A stretch of 64,000 nucleotides of DNA from Gemmatimonadales bacterium (GTDB lineage Bacteria; Gemmatimonadota; Gemmatimonadetes; Gemmatimonadales; GWC2-71-9): positions 780 through 64,779 of the forward strand of contig JBGAPX010000006.1 in the NCBI GenBank assembly GCA_044221045.1. Direction: 5' to 3'. Each line of letters begins with the position of its first letter. Position 1 is the stretch's first letter. The notes below the pieces were generated by a model. The model had not been told where the DNA came from. It saw only the letters and a program-made list of their open reading frames with translations, and did not search any database. Positions 13,225-23,968 of this stretch are shown piece after piece. Made by a program: the position numbers and the translations under genes.

Positions 13225-14763
13225 ATGACGCTGTCCGCCGCGCGGCCCGTCCCACCGCCCGAGCCGGTCGAGTCCCTGGTCGAGCTCGCCACCCTCTTCG
13301 ACGTGAGCGAGGCCCTCGGCGCGTCGACCCCGCTCCACGACGGCCTCCGGGAGGTGATGGCCCTGCTGCGCCGCCACCCCGGCGCGCTGCGCGGCTCGCT
13401 CACCCTCCTCGACGAGGCGACGGGCGAGCTCTACATCGAAGCGTCGCTGGACCTGCCCGAGGCGGGCCGGCTGGCGCGCTACCAGGTCGGGGAGGGGATC
13501 ACCGGCGAGGTCGTGGCCACCGGCAAGCCGATCGTGGTGCCGGACGTGGCGCGGGAGCCCCGCTTCCTGCACCGGACCTTTCGCCGCGGGGGCCATCCCG
13601 CTGACGCCGTGACCTTCGCCTGCGTGCCGATCCTGGTCGACCACCGCGCTGTGGGCGCGCTGTCGGTGGACCTGCCCCATCGCCCCGGCGACGACACCGC
13701 CCCGCTGGTCAAGTTCCTCCACGTGGTGGCCGCGCTGGTGGCCCTCCGACTCAAGACGCAGCGGCCGCTCGAAGAGGAGAACCGCCGCCTCAAGCAGACC
13801 CTGCGGGAACGCTACGACTTCAGCCACCTGATCGGGACCAGCCACCCCATGCGTGACGTCCTGGCGCAGGTGGCCCAGGTGGCGGGCACCCACACCACCG
13901 TCCTGATCCGCGGCGAGTCGGGCACCGGCAAGGAGCTGGTCGCCTCGGCGCTGCATTACCACAGCCCCCGCGCCGCCGGACCGCTGGTCAAGGTGAACTG
14001 CGCCGCCCTTCCCGAGACCCTCATGGAATCGGAGCTCTTCGGGCATGAGCGCGGGGCATTCACCGGTGCCCTCAGCCGCAAGGCGGGCCGGTTCGAGCGG
14101 GCCCACGGCGGGACCATCTTCCTGGACGAGATCGGGGAGCTGTCGCTGGCGACCCAGGCCAAGCTGCTGCGGGTGCTGCAGGAACGGGAGTTCGAGCGGG
14201 TGGGCGGGGGCGACCCGATCCCGGTGGACGTCCGGATCATCACCGCCACCAACCGGGACCTCGAGGAGGCGATCCGGCAGCGGACCTTCCGCGAGGACCT
14301 CTACTACCGCCTCAACGTCTTCCCGGTCTTCCTGCCGCCCCTCCGGGACCGGAAGACCGACATCCTGCTCCTGGCCGACCACTTCATCGAGAAGTACGCC
14401 ACGGCGCACCAGAAGCCGGTCACCCGGCTCACCACCCCGGCGATCGACATGCTGATGCGGTATCACTGGCCCGGTAACGTCCGGGAGCTCGAGAACGTGA
14501 TCGAACGCGCGGTGGTCGTGGCCGACGGTCCCGCCATCCACGGCCGCCACCTGCCGCCGTCGCTCCAGGTCCCCGAACTCGCCGGCCCGCCCCGCGGCCC
14601 CATGAAGGCCATGGTGGAGCGCTTCGAGGCCGACATCCTGGTCGACGCCCTGAAGCAGGCCCGGGGCTCCGTGGCCGAGATCACCCGGGTGCTCGGCAGC
14701 ACCGAGCGGATCATCCGGTACAAGCTCCGGAAGTACGGCATCAAGCCGGGACGCTACACCTGA
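13225..14763 (+). CDS. Sigma54-dependent enhancer-binding protein (GAF-AAA+-Fis HTH, NifA-like)
   Basis: [41 protein letters not shown]-terminal HTH. Confidence 0.95.
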   Translation: MTLSAARPVPPPEPVESLVELATLFDVSEALGASTPLHDGLREVMALLRRHPGALRGSLTLLDEATGELYIEASLDLPEAGRLARYQVGEGITGEVVATGKPIVVPDVAREPRFLHRTFRRGGHPADAVTFACVPILVDHRAVGALSVDLPHRPGDDTAPLVKFLHVVAALVALRLKTQRPLEEENRRLKQTLRERYDFSHLIGTSHPMRDVLAQVAQVAGTHTTVLIRGESGTGKELVASALHYHSPRAAGPLVKVNCAALPETLMESELFGHERGAFTGALSRKAGRFERAHGGTIFLDEIGELSLATQAKLLRVLQEREFERVGGGDPIPVDVRIITATNRDLEEAIRQRTFREDLYYRLNVFPVFLPPLRDRKTDILLLADHFIEKYATAHQKPVTRLTTPAIDMLMRYHWPGNVRELENVIERAVVVADGPAIHGRHLPPSLQVPELAGPPRGPMKAMVERFEADILVDALKQARGSVAEITRVLGSTERIIRYKLRKYGIKPGRYT

Positions 14764-14936
14764 ATCGACGGAACCGATCACCCCATTTGTGTGCCGGGAC
14801 GGTCGGGCCGTGACAGAAATGATGGTGACGGGTTGCCAGGCCCGTCCATCATCACTCCCACCGCAGGACTCCTAACTCCTTCCCCGTCGACGGTTTCCCC
14901 GGTCCCCGCCGGAACGGTGGCCGCCACCCGGGATCG

Positions 14937-14952
14937 CGGCACGGGTCTTGTC
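14937..14952 (+). promoter_or_regulatory. Candidate sigma54 (-24/-12) promoter
   Basis: CGGCACGGGTCTTGTC versus consensus TGGCACG-N4-TTGC. The -12 GC is GT here, a mismatch at a conserved base. Confidence 0.4.
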
Positions 14953-14983
14953 CTGCTACGGGCAACACTCGTGGGGAGATCCG

Positions 14984-15559
14984 ATGCGTCGTCCGTCCCG
15001 TGCCCTGCTGTTCGTCGCTGGTTTCATGCTCGCCGCCGTGCCGCTCGCCGCCCAGGCGGAGGTCGCGTTCGCGCCCCCGGCCCCCGCGGCCCCCGCGCCG
15101 CGCGCCGCGTGGGGCGTCCGCCTGGTCAGCGACTGGCCCCAGTATGTCTCCGGCGCCGAGTGCGTGAACGGCGGCGGCGAAACCCTGGCCGGCAGCCTCG
15201 CCCGGGATGCCTCGGGGGAATTCCACGGGTTCCTGGAGCGCACCGCCACCATCCGGTTCTGTGGCCAGCACGGGCAGGCGGCCACCGCCTGCACCCTGAC
15301 CCTGGCCAGTACGGGCCTGGTGGAGGCGGTCGCGCGCGAGCAACGGCAGGGCGGGGAGGCGTGGCTGGCGCTGTCGTGGGCGGCGCCCGCTTCCGGGGCG
15401 ACGGCCCAGGTCACGGGAAACTGCCCCGAGGCCTTCGAGGCCGCGGTGGAGCGCCTGTACCTGTCGGTCGCCCACGCGGTGGAGGTGCCCCTTCCGTCCG
15501 CGGACGGGGCCCACGTGATCCGGTTGGAGGACTACGGCTGGATCGTGGAGTTGCGGTGA
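14984..15559 (+). CDS. Hypothetical secreted protein (4 Cys)
   Basis: Signal peptide MRRPSRALLFVAGFMLAAVPLAAQA, GGAG RBS. No family recognised. Confidence 0.7.
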   Translation: MRRPSRALLFVAGFMLAAVPLAAQAEVAFAPPAPAAPAPRAAWGVRLVSDWPQYVSGAECVNGGGETLAGSLARDASGEFHGFLERTATIRFCGQHGQAATACTLTLASTGLVEAVAREQRQGGEAWLALSWAAPASGATAQVTGNCPEAFEAAVERLYLSVAHAVEVPLPSADGAHVIRLEDYGWIVELR

Positions 15560-15810
15560 CCGTTCCGGGCCGGGGTCGGCCCCGAACCCAGGGCACTTCC
15601 GCGCGCAGGCGCGCGCGCCGGCACCGGCGTGCTGGCGCCCGTCTGCCGCGGTCGCCCCGGGAGAGGTGGCCGACGGGGCGGTGAGATCGGACGGTGCGTC
15701 GGCGCGGGGCCGGCGCCATGGAAGGCGTCGAGTGACAGGTCGTCAGGCGATCGCGCGGCGGTGTGGGAACCCGCTGCGCGGCGCGTGCGCGGCCTGTCAT
15801 TTTTTTGCGT

Positions 15811-15840
15811 GTTGACCGTCTCCCCCGGGTCAACGATCTT
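15811..15840 (+). promoter_or_regulatory. Candidate sigma70 promoter with overlapping palindrome GTTGACC-N10-GGTCAAC
   Basis: TTGACC-N17-GATCTT upstream of the macroglobulin gene, preceded by a T tract. Confidence 0.45.
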
Positions 15841-15872
15841 GTGCGCTCCCGCCCTACCCGGAGTCCTCCCCG

Positions 15873-18800
15873 ATGTGGTCCCCGCGAGTCCTCGCCGCGC
15901 TGGTGGTTGCCGTCGCGGCCACCGAGCCGCCCACGCCGCTCGGCGTGCTCTCTTCCTCGCCCTCGGGCGAGGCGCTGCCCACCGCGCCCATCCAGGTGAT
16001 CTTCGACCGGCCCGTGGCGGGCTCGCTCGACCGATCCGTGGACCCGGCGGGCCTGCTGCGGATCACGCCGGCCCTCGCCGGCCGGGCGGAGTGGCGGGAC
16101 CCGGTGACCCTGCGGTTCCTCCCGGCGGCGCCGCTCACCCCGGGCACGAGCTACACCGTCACGGTCCCCAACACCTTCGAGGCCATGGACGGGAGCCGGC
16201 TCGCGGAGCCGTACACCTATTCCTTTACCGTCAGCGGGCCGACGCTACTGACCGGCCTGCCGGTGAGCGAGGGCGAGCATCCCCGCTACCTCACCCCCGA
16301 GTCCACCTTCGAGGTGGTGTTCTCCACCCCGCTCGCCCCCCAGCCGCAGGGCCAGCTCGGATACGTGCAGCTCGCTTCCACCTGCCGCCAGCCGGGAGCT
16401 ATCCCGCTGCGAGTCCGCGGCCAGCGACCGATCGATGACCAGGCCCCCTGGCAGTTCCAGGAGGCCGGGGGGTGGGATCGCGACCACGGCGCCGACTCCC
16501 TCCGCCGCATCGTCGAGCTGGTGCCGGTCCGGCCGCTCCCGCTCGACTGCTCGGGGGAGCTGGTGCTGCCCACCAGCATCGATCCCGAGAACACCAGGCC
16601 TTTCGTCCGCTGGGGCTTCCAGACCTACGCCCCGTTCCGCCTGGTGGGGGCGAGCTGCGGGGGCGGCGACGTCTGCCCGGCGGGCGGCATCCGGCTCGAG
16701 TTCTCCACCCCGGTCAAGGGCGCGGACGTGGAACGGGAGGTTTCCATCCTCCCCAAGGTGGCCTTCTCCGTCTCGGACACCTCCGAGACCTCCGAGACCT
16801 GGTACCTCGAGGCCACCCTCACGCCCCACACCGCCTACGCCGTGAACGTGGCTCCCACCCTCACGGACATCTTCGGCCAGCGGCTCGGGGGCAACCCCGC
16901 CGCCGGCTTCCGGACCACCGGTTACGCCCCGCTGGTGGAGCACGAGTACGGCCGGATGACGGTGGAGCGGGCGCCGTTCCGCACCCTCGCCGTGAAGTAC
17001 GTCAACGTCGACACCCTGGCCGTGACGATCGCGCCGGTGCCCGCCCGGCTCATCCCGGCCATGCTGCAGTACAACCGCTGGAACCAGGATGACAGCGCCC
17101 TGGCCGCGGTGCTCAAGGGGGCCACCACCACCCGGGTACGGGTCACGGGGCCGCGCGACCGGGTGCGCATCTTCGGCGTGAAGCTGCCGCTGTACAACAT
17201 GCAGCGGCCGAGCGCCCCCATCCTGCAGCTGGTCAAGGTCACCAGCCCGACCCTCTCCGAGGACTGGCAGGCCAGCCAGCCCTACGCCATCGTGCAGGTG
17301 ACCGACCTGGCCGTGCACGCCAAGATCGGCCTCTCCGGCGGCGTGGTGTGGGTCACCGGGGTGGCCGACGGCAAGCCGCGGGCGGGGGCGGCGGTGACGC
17401 TTTACGATCCCATCGGGAAGGTCCGCGCCACCGCGCGCACCACCGCCGACGGCATCGCGGTGCTTGGCCCGTACGTGACGGATTCCGCCGGGGGTGAGGA
17501 ATTCGGCTTCCAGGGCTATGTCGTGGCGAGCGACGGCAACGACAAGGCGCTCACCAGCATCTCCAGCTACGATCCCGACCTCTCGCCGTGGCGCTTCAAC
17601 GTGAATTCCGCCTACGGGACCGACCGGTACCCGCTGGCCGCGGCAGTCTTCACCGAACGGGGGATCTACCGCCCGGGCGAGCCGGTCTACGCCAAAGCCA
17701 TCGTCCGCAACGGCAACCTCGGCGCGCTCACCGTGCCGGCACGCACCGACAGCCTGCACTGGATCTTCCAGGACCGCGAAGGCGGCACGCTGCGCGAGGT
17801 GACCGTGGCGCCTTCAGCGTTCGGGACGTCCAGCCAGAGCTTCACCCTCCCCGCCGGCTCCCCGCTGGGCAGCTATTCCGTGCGGCTGCAGCTCAAGCGT
17901 GGCAGCGAGTGGCAGGACTTCGCCACCGCCGACTACCGGGTGGCGGAGTACCGGCCGCCGGAGTTCCTGGTGACCGCCACCGCCGACACGGCGCCCCGCT
18001 ACCCGGGCGATTCCGCCACCGCCGCCGTGGAGGCCCGCTACCTCTTCGGGGCCCCCATGGCGCGCGCGGTGCTCACCTGGTCGGCCCGGCAGACCTCGCT
18101 CAGCTTCGGGGCGGTCGTGATCCCCAACACCGACGGCTATTACTTCGGCGACGGCGGCTGGTGGTGGGAGGAAGAGGAGTCCGGCGGCGTCACCACCCTG
18201 GCGCAGGGTACCGACACCCTCGACGGGAAGGGTCGCGCCACCCTCCGCTTCCCGGTGGGGCCGGCGGTCAAGGGCCGGCCGGCGCGGGCCGTGCTCGAGG
18301 CCTCGGTCACCGACGTGAACCGCCAGTCGGTCGGGGCGCAGGCCAGCCTGCTGGTGCACCCCGCTTCCTTTTATATAGGCGCCAAGCCGCTGGGCCAGAG
18401 CTACTTCTGGACGGCGGGGCAGCCCCAGGCCGTGGCGCTGATCGCCGTCAGGCCCGACGGGCGCCGGGTGGAGGGCGTGAAGGTGAAGGGCACGGTGGTG
18501 CGGCGGGAATGGCACCGGGTGCACCGGACCCGCGGCGGATACAGCGAGGTCTACGGCGAGTGGGTGTCCGACACGGTCGCGCGCTGCGGCGTGGAGACCG
18601 AGCGCGACCAGCCGGTCCACTGCCGCTTCACGCCCCCGGGCGGCGGCACCTACATCATGACCTTCGAGGCGGCGGACCGGCAGGGCCGTCCTGTCTCGAC
18701 CAGCGTGTACCGCTGGGCCACGGGCAGCGACTACGTGCCGTGGAACGACGAGTCGCAGTTCAAGATGGATGTGGTCCCGGACAAGTCCCGCTACAGCGTG

Positions 18801-21614
18801 GGCGACACCGCCACGGTGCTCTTCGCCTCGCCCTTCACCGATGCCGACGCGTGGGTCACGGTGGAGCGCGAGGGCCTGATCGAGCAGCGGCGGATCCACA
18901 TCACCAGCGGCTCCACCACCCTCAAGTTCCCGGTGACCGAGGCCTGGGCGCCGAACGCGTTCGTGTCCATCGTGGTGGCGCGCGGCCGCAGCGCCGCGCC
19001 AGGCCCCCTCGATGATCCGGGACGTCCCACCATGCGTGTCGGTTACGCCGACCTGCGGGTGACGCCCGAGGTGAAGCGGCTCACGGTGGCGGTGGCGCCG
19101 CTGAACAAGGAGTACCGCCCCGCCGATACCGCGCGGGTGCAGCTCAAGGTCACCGATCGCCTCGGCCGGGGGCAGCGCGCCGAGGTCACCCTGTGGGCGG
19201 TCGACGAGGGTGTGCTGGCCCTCACTGGGTATCGCACTCCCGACCCCCTCGACCTGCTCTACCGTGAGCGGGGCCTCGGCCTGCGGCTCGCGAGCAACCT
19301 CACCACCGTGGCCCCCCAGGTGCCCGAGGGCGAGAAGGGCAACCGCGCGCCCGGGGGCGGTGGCGGCCAGGGCGAGGCCGACCTGCTCCGCTCCCAGTTC
19401 AAGACCACGGCCTTCTTCCTGGGCAGCGTGCTCACCGATTCCACCGGTGCCGCGACCGCCGCGGCCCGACTGCCGGACAACCTCACCACCTTCCGGGTCA
19501 TGGCGGTCGCGGTCACGGCGGGGGACCGCTACGGCAAGGGCGAGTCGCCCATGCTGGTCACCCGGCCGCTGCTGGCCCGGCCGGCGCTGCCCCGCTTCGT
19601 CCGCGAGGGCGACCGCTTCGAGGCCGGCGTGGTGGTGAACCAGCGCGCCGGTGGCACGCCCACCGTCACCGTGAAGGCCGAGCCACGCGGGGCCGAACTC
19701 ACCGGGGCGGCCAGCCAGACGGCCACCCTCGAGGCCGGCCGCGGGCGCGAGGTACGGTTCGCCTTCCGCCAGCCCGGCGGCGATCCCGTGGGCGGCGGCG
19801 ACAGCGCGGCGTTCCGCTTCCGGGTCACCGGCGCCGGTGACGCCGACCTGGTGGAACAGCGCCTCGCGGTGCGGCCCGCCTTCCGGCCCCGCGCGTGGAC
19901 CATCGCCGGCGTGCTGCTCGACACCGCCACCGCGCGGTTCACGCTGCCCGAGGGGCTGGACCTGGCCCGTTCCCGCCTGAGCCTCACCCTGGGCAGCTCG
20001 CCGCTGAGCGTGGTCCGCGGGCTGTCGTGGGAGCTCCGGGTGTACCCGTACTACTGCACCGAGCAGACCTCGAGCGCGGCCCAGCCCATCATCGCGCTCT
20101 ACCGTGCCCAGCAGGAGACCAAGACCACCCTGCTCAAGGGGAACCCGAAGCGCGAGATCGAGACCGCGGTGGCCATTCTGAGCCGGCGGCAGCGCGCCGA
20201 CGGCGGGATCGGGTACTGGGGCAGCAACGACTGGACCACTCCGTGGCTCAGCGCCTACGCCGGGGCCACCCTGCTCGACGCGCGCGCCGCCGGCATTGCC
20301 GTGGATGACAGCGTGCTGGCGCGGCTCGGCGGGTACCTGCGCACCGCCCTCGACGACCCGCAGGCCATCGCGGCGCCGGTGATCGGCTGGTACGAACGGG
20401 TGCAGGTGCGCCTGGCCGACCAGGTGGCCGCGGTCGACTACCTGAGCCGCCTCGGCAAGCCGCACGTTGCCGCCGAAAACGAGCTGCTCCGTAACGCCGC
20501 GCAGCTGGCGTGGGAGGACCGGGTGCGCCTGGCGGAGGTGCTGGCGCGGCGGAAGGCCGTCCGCGCGGCCCGCAGCCTGTTGGAGCCGGCGTGGAAGTCG
20601 GTGAAGGTGGAGGGCCGCCGGGCGGTCATGCCGGAGGTCGCCCTGCGGGACGTGCACTACTTCGTGAGTCGCAGCCGTCCCTACGGCCGCCTGCTGCAGG
20701 CCACGCTGGCGGTGGATTCGGCCAGCGCGCTGGTGGGCCCGCTGGTCGAGACGCTGGTGCAGCAGGGGCGCGCCGGCACCCTCGACTACTGGAACACGCA
20801 GGATTACGCGTCCATCGTCAGCGCGCTCGCCGCGTTCGACCGCCGCTCCCGCGCCGGCGCGGCGCGGCCGTTCTCGGTGAGCGGGGCGGGGCGGACCCTG
20901 CTCGCCTCCGCCGGGGCGCCCGCCGCGAGCGCGCGGGGCGCCATGCGTGACTCGAGCGTGGCACTTACCGGGCTGGTGGAGGGCCGGGCGCTCGCCGTGC
21001 AGCTGGCGGCCACCGGCCCCGGGGCGCCGATCTACTACTACCTGACGGTCCACGAGGTGCCGAAGGAACGACCGGTCAATCCCGAGGAGCAGGGGATTCG
21101 CGTGGAACGGTGGTACGAGCGCTACGACCGGGCCGAGCCGCTGACCACCGTGGCCGCCGGCGAACTGGTGCGGGTGCGGCTCCGGGTCACGGTCCCCGAG
21201 GAACGGCAGTTCGTGGTGGTGGACGATGCCCTGCCCGCCGGCCTCGAGGCGGTGGACCTGAGCCTGCGGACCGCCAGCCTGACCCCAGGTCCCGGCGTGG
21301 ACCAGGCCACCACCTACCTCACGCCCCAGCAGGCCGACGAGGAAGACGGCGAGGACCAGGCCCCGGGCGGCTACTGGTACTACGGCCGCTGGGACTCGGG
21401 GTGGTGGTCGCCGTGGGAATTCCGCGAGATCCGCGATGACCGCGTGGTCTATTCCGCCACGGTCCTGTGGAAGGGCAGCTACACCATGAGCTACATCGCG
21501 CGCGCCACCACGCCGGGGACCTTCGTGCGGCCCCCCGCCCACGCCGAGGAGATGTACAACCCTGCGGTGTACGGGCGCAGCGACGGGGGCCTCTTCACCG
21601 TCACGGTGAAGTGA
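15873..21614 (+). CDS. yfhM: Bacterial alpha-2-macroglobulin (thioester-containing)
   Basis: 1913 aa; FTERGIYRPGE, EYRPPEF, LWAVDEG, RLPDNLTTFRVMAVA, thioester motif YYCTEQ, HAEEMYNP; followed by pbpC. Confidence 0.95.
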   Translation: MWSPRVLAALVVAVAATEPPTPLGVLSSSPSGEALPTAPIQVIFDRPVAGSLDRSVDPAGLLRITPALAGRAEWRDPVTLRFLPAAPLTPGTSYTVTVPNTFEAMDGSRLAEPYTYSFTVSGPTLLTGLPVSEGEHPRYLTPESTFEVVFSTPLAPQPQGQLGYVQLASTCRQPGAIPLRVRGQRPIDDQAPWQFQEAGGWDRDHGADSLRRIVELVPVRPLPLDCSGELVLPTSIDPENTRPFVRWGFQTYAPFRLVGASCGGGDVCPAGGIRLEFSTPVKGADVEREVSILPKVAFSVSDTSETSETWYLEATLTPHTAYAVNVAPTLTDIFGQRLGGNPAAGFRTTGYAPLVEHEYGRMTVERAPFRTLAVKYVNVDTLAVTIAPVPARLIPAMLQYNRWNQDDSALAAVLKGATTTRVRVTGPRDRVRIFGVKLPLYNMQRPSAPILQLVKVTSPTLSEDWQASQPYAIVQVTDLAVHAKIGLSGGVVWVTGVADGKPRAGAAVTLYDPIGKVRATARTTADGIAVLGPYVTDSAGGEEFGFQGYVVASDGNDKALTSISSYDPDLSPWRFNVNSAYGTDRYPLAAAVFTERGIYRPGEPVYAKAIVRNGNLGALTVPARTDSLHWIFQDREGGTLREVTVAPSAFGTSSQSFTLPAGSPLGSYSVRLQLKRGSEWQDFATADYRVAEYRPPEFLVTATADTAPRYPGDSATAAVEARYLFGAPMARAVLTWSARQTSLSFGAVVIPNTDGYYFGDGGWWWEEEESGGVTTLAQGTDTLDGKGRATLRFPVGPAVKGRPARAVLEASVTDVNRQSVGAQASLLVHPASFYIGAKPLGQSYFWTAGQPQAVALIAVRPDGRRVEGVKVKGTVVRREWHRVHRTRGGYSEVYGEWVSDTVARCGVETERDQPVHCRFTPPGGGTYIMTFEAADRQGRPVSTSVYRWATGSDYVPWNDESQFKMDVVPDKSRYSVGDTATVLFASPFTDADAWVTVEREGLIEQRRIHITSGSTTLKFPVTEAWAPNAFVSIVVARGRSAAPGPLDDPGRPTMRVGYADLRVTPEVKRLTVAVAPLNKEYRPADTARVQLKVTDRLGRGQRAEVTLWAVDEGVLALTGYRTPDPLDLLYRERGLGLRLASNLTTVAPQVPEGEKGNRAPGGGGGQGEADLLRSQFKTTAFFLGSVLTDSTGAATAAARLPDNLTTFRVMAVAVTAGDRYGKGESPMLVTRPLLARPALPRFVREGDRFEAGVVVNQRAGGTPTVTVKAEPRGAELTGAASQTATLEAGRGREVRFAFRQPGGDPVGGGDSAAFRFRVTGAGDADLVEQRLAVRPAFRPRAWTIAGVLLDTATARFTLPEGLDLARSRLSLTLGSSPLSVVRGLSWELRVYPYYCTEQTSSAAQPIIALYRAQQETKTTLLKGNPKREIETAVAILSRRQRADGGIGYWGSNDWTTPWLSAYAGATLLDARAAGIAVDDSVLARLGGYLRTALDDPQAIAAPVIGWYERVQVRLADQVAAVDYLSRLGKPHVAAENELLRNAAQLAWEDRVRLAEVLARRKAVRAARSLLEPAWKSVKVEGRRAVMPEVALRDVHYFVSRSRPYGRLLQATLAVDSASALVGPLVETLVQQGRAGTLDYWNTQDYASIVSALAAFDRRSRAGAARPFSVSGAGRTLLASAGAPAASARGAMRDSSVALTGLVEGRALAVQLAATGPGAPIYYYLTVHEVPKERPVNPEEQGIRVERWYERYDRAEPLTTVAAGELVRVRLRVTVPEERQFVVVDDALPAGLEAVDLSLRTASLTPGPGVDQATTYLTPQQADEEDGEDQAPGGYWYYGRWDSGWWSPWEFREIRDDRVVYSATVLWKGSYTMSYIARATTPGTFVRPPAHAEEMYNPAVYGRSDGGLFTVTVK

Positions 21615-21627
21615 GCGGAGGCGCCGG

Positions 21628-23904
21628 GTGCTGATGCGGGTCGTGCGCGGCGCCTGTGCCGCCGGGGCGCTGCTCGGCCTCGGGGTGGCGGCATGGGTGG
21701 CGTGGCCGCTGCCCCGGGCGCTGCTCGAGCCCGGGGTGCGGCAGAGTCTCACGCTGGAAGACCGGCACGGGCTGGTGCTGCGCTCCACCCGCGCGGGTGA
21801 TGGATCCCTGAACCGCTGGTTCAGTCTGGCGGAGATGGACCCCGACCTGCCGCGGGCCTTCGTGGCGGTGGAGGATCACCGCTTCTACCAGCACCGCGGC
21901 GTGGACGTTCGCGCGATCGGGCGGGCGCTGCGGGACAACCTGCGCCGTGGCGCCGTGGTCTCCGGGGCCTCGACCATCACCATGCAGCTGGCGCGCCTGC
22001 TGGTGCCCATCGGGCACGGTGCCGGGGGCAAGCTGCGGCAGACGGTCTGGGCGCTCCGCCTCGAGGCGCATCTCGGCAAGGACCAGATCCTCGAGCAGTA
22101 CCTCAACCGGGTGCCGATGGGACAGGGGGCGATCGGCGTGGCGGCCGCCACGCGACTCGACTTCGGCCGCGCGCCGACCGAGGTGAGCCTCGGCCAGGCC
22201 GCCATGCTGGCGGGCCTGGCGCGCGCGCCCTCGAGCCAGAATCCGCTGGTGGATCCGGCGCGGGCAACCCGGCGACGGGACGCCGGCCTCACCCGGCTGG
22301 TGGCGGATGGGTACGCCTCGCTGGAGGAGGTGGAGCGGGCGCGCCACGAGCCGCTGCTGGGCGGCGACCGCAGCCGGCCCTTCCTCGCACCGCACTTCAC
22401 CAGCCGGGTGCTGCAGGACGGCGTGGCCGGAGGCCGGCGCGCGGAGGGCACCTGGCGCACCTCGCTCGACCTGGCGCTGCAGGCCGCGCTCGAGGACGAG
22501 GTGCGCCATACGGTGAACCAGCTGCGCGATCGCGGCGCCCGGCAGGCGGCGCTGGTGGTGCTCGAGAACCGCTCCGGCGAAGTCCTGGCCTGGGTGGGCA
22601 GCCCCGACTTCTGGGCCGACACCGCCGGCCAGGTGGACATGGTCGTGAGCGGCCGGCAGCCGGGCTCGGCGCTCAAGCCGTTCCTCTACGCGCTGGCCTT
22701 CGATCGCGGGGCGACTGCTGCCACCGTCCTCGCCGACGTGGCCACCACCTACCAGACCGGCAGCGGGCCCTACCATCCGCGGAACTACGACCGCGCCTTC
22801 CACGGTCCGGTCCGCGCGCGCGAGGCGCTGGCCAGCTCCTACAACGTCCCCGCCGTGGAGCTCGCGAGCCGCATCGGCTACGCGACGCTGCTCCACGGGC
22901 TCCAGGCCGGCGGATTCACCTCCCTCGACCGTTCCCCCGAGCACTACGGGCTCGGCCTGGCGCTCGGCAACGGGGACGTGACCCTGCTCGAGCTCGCCAA
23001 TGGATATCGCGCGCTCGCCAACGGCGGGGTGTGGACCGCCCCGCGCTGGTGGGCCGGGGACGCCCGCCGGCCGAGCGGGGCCGGGCGCCGGATGGTGTCG
23101 CCGCGGGCCGCGGCGCTGGTGCTCGACATCCTCGCCGATCCCGAGGCGCGGATCCCCGCCTTCGGCATCGGCACCCCCTTCGACTGGCCCTTCCGCGCCG
23201 CGGCCAAGACCGGCACCAGCCGGCACTTCACCGACAACTGGGCGGTGGCGGTCACCGCCGGCTTCACCGTGGGAGTCTGGGTCGGGAACTTCGATGGCCG
23301 GCCCATGGAGGGGGTCAGCGGCATCACGGGCGCGGGCCCGCTGCTCCATCGCGCCGTCCTGGTCACGGCGCAGCGCTATGCCGCGGGATCGCTCCCCACC
23401 GCGGGCGAGGCGGGCCTGCTGCCGGCGCACATCTGCCGCCTCTCCGGCGAACTGGCCGGCCCGGAGTGTCCCACGATGACCGAGTACTTCATCCCGGGGA
23501 CGCTGCCCACCGCGACCTGCCGCTGGCACCGGAACGGCCAGGTGGAGCTCCCGGTCGAATACGCCGAGTGGCGGGCGACCACGACCGGGGCCGCCAGGCC
23601 ACGAGCCGTGGCCGGTGGCGTCCCGGCCGCTCCCGGACCGGCGGCGCCGACGGCCCGCCTCACCATCACCTCGCCGCAGGAAGGGGATCACTACCAGATC
23701 CCGCCGGGGGTGGAGGGTCGCTATGCCACCATCGCCTTCCGGGCCGCCGGCATCCCCGCGGGCGCGCCGCTGCGCTGGCTGCTCGACGGCCGGCCGGTGG
23801 CCGCCGGGCGCTGGACATTGGCGCCGGGGCGGCACCGGGTGCGGGCGGAGGCGGGGGCGATGGTCGACGAGGTGGAGATCACGGTGACGGCCCCGGGGCG
23901 CTGA
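21628..23904 (+). CDS. pbpC: Penicillin-binding protein 1C
   Basis: Transglycosylase motifs EDHRF, GASTITMQL; transpeptidase SALK, SYN, KTG; adjacent to the macroglobulin gene. Confidence 0.95.
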   Translation: MLMRVVRGACAAGALLGLGVAAWVAWPLPRALLEPGVRQSLTLEDRHGLVLRSTRAGDGSLNRWFSLAEMDPDLPRAFVAVEDHRFYQHRGVDVRAIGRALRDNLRRGAVVSGASTITMQLARLLVPIGHGAGGKLRQTVWALRLEAHLGKDQILEQYLNRVPMGQGAIGVAAATRLDFGRAPTEVSLGQAAMLAGLARAPSSQNPLVDPARATRRRDAGLTRLVADGYASLEEVERARHEPLLGGDRSRPFLAPHFTSRVLQDGVAGGRRAEGTWRTSLDLALQAALEDEVRHTVNQLRDRGARQAALVVLENRSGEVLAWVGSPDFWADTAGQVDMVVSGRQPGSALKPFLYALAFDRGATAATVLADVATTYQTGSGPYHPRNYDRAFHGPVRAREALASSYNVPAVELASRIGYATLLHGLQAGGFTSLDRSPEHYGLGLALGNGDVTLLELANGYRALANGGVWTAPRWWAGDARRPSGAGRRMVSPRAAALVLDILADPEARIPAFGIGTPFDWPFRAAAKTGTSRHFTDNWAVAVTAGFTVGVWVGNFDGRPMEGVSGITGAGPLLHRAVLVTAQRYAAGSLPTAGEAGLLPAHICRLSGELAGPECPTMTEYFIPGTLPTATCRWHRNGQVELPVEYAEWRATTTGAARPRAVAGGVPAAPGPAAPTARLTITSPQEGDHYQIPPGVEGRYATIAFRAAGIPAGAPLRWLLDGRPVAAGRWTLAPGRHRVRAEAGAMVDEVEITVTAPGR

Positions 23905-23932
23905 GGGGCGCGGCGCCGGGCGGGCGGCCCAC

Positions 23933-23968
23933 TTGCGGTCGAAGTTGCATAATGCATATTTATCCCCC
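23933..23968 (+). promoter_or_regulatory. arg operon promoter with ARG-box-like sequence
   Basis: AT-rich island TTGCATAATGCATATTTAT in GC-rich DNA, with two TGCAT half-sites, immediately before argG; argR is in the same operon. Confidence 0.55.

Noticed and set aside
13225-14763. Calling the activator nifA and inferring nitrogen fixation
   Set aside because: The GAF-AAA+-HTH architecture is shared by many activators and there are no nif genes in the window.
16776-16800. GACACCTCCGAGACCTCCGAGACCT micro-repeat in the macroglobulin gene
   Set aside because: Short in-frame coding repeat (DTSETSET) with no wider pattern.
15873-23904. Alpha-2-macroglobulin/pbpC pair as a novel system
   Set aside because: Well-known conserved gene pair.
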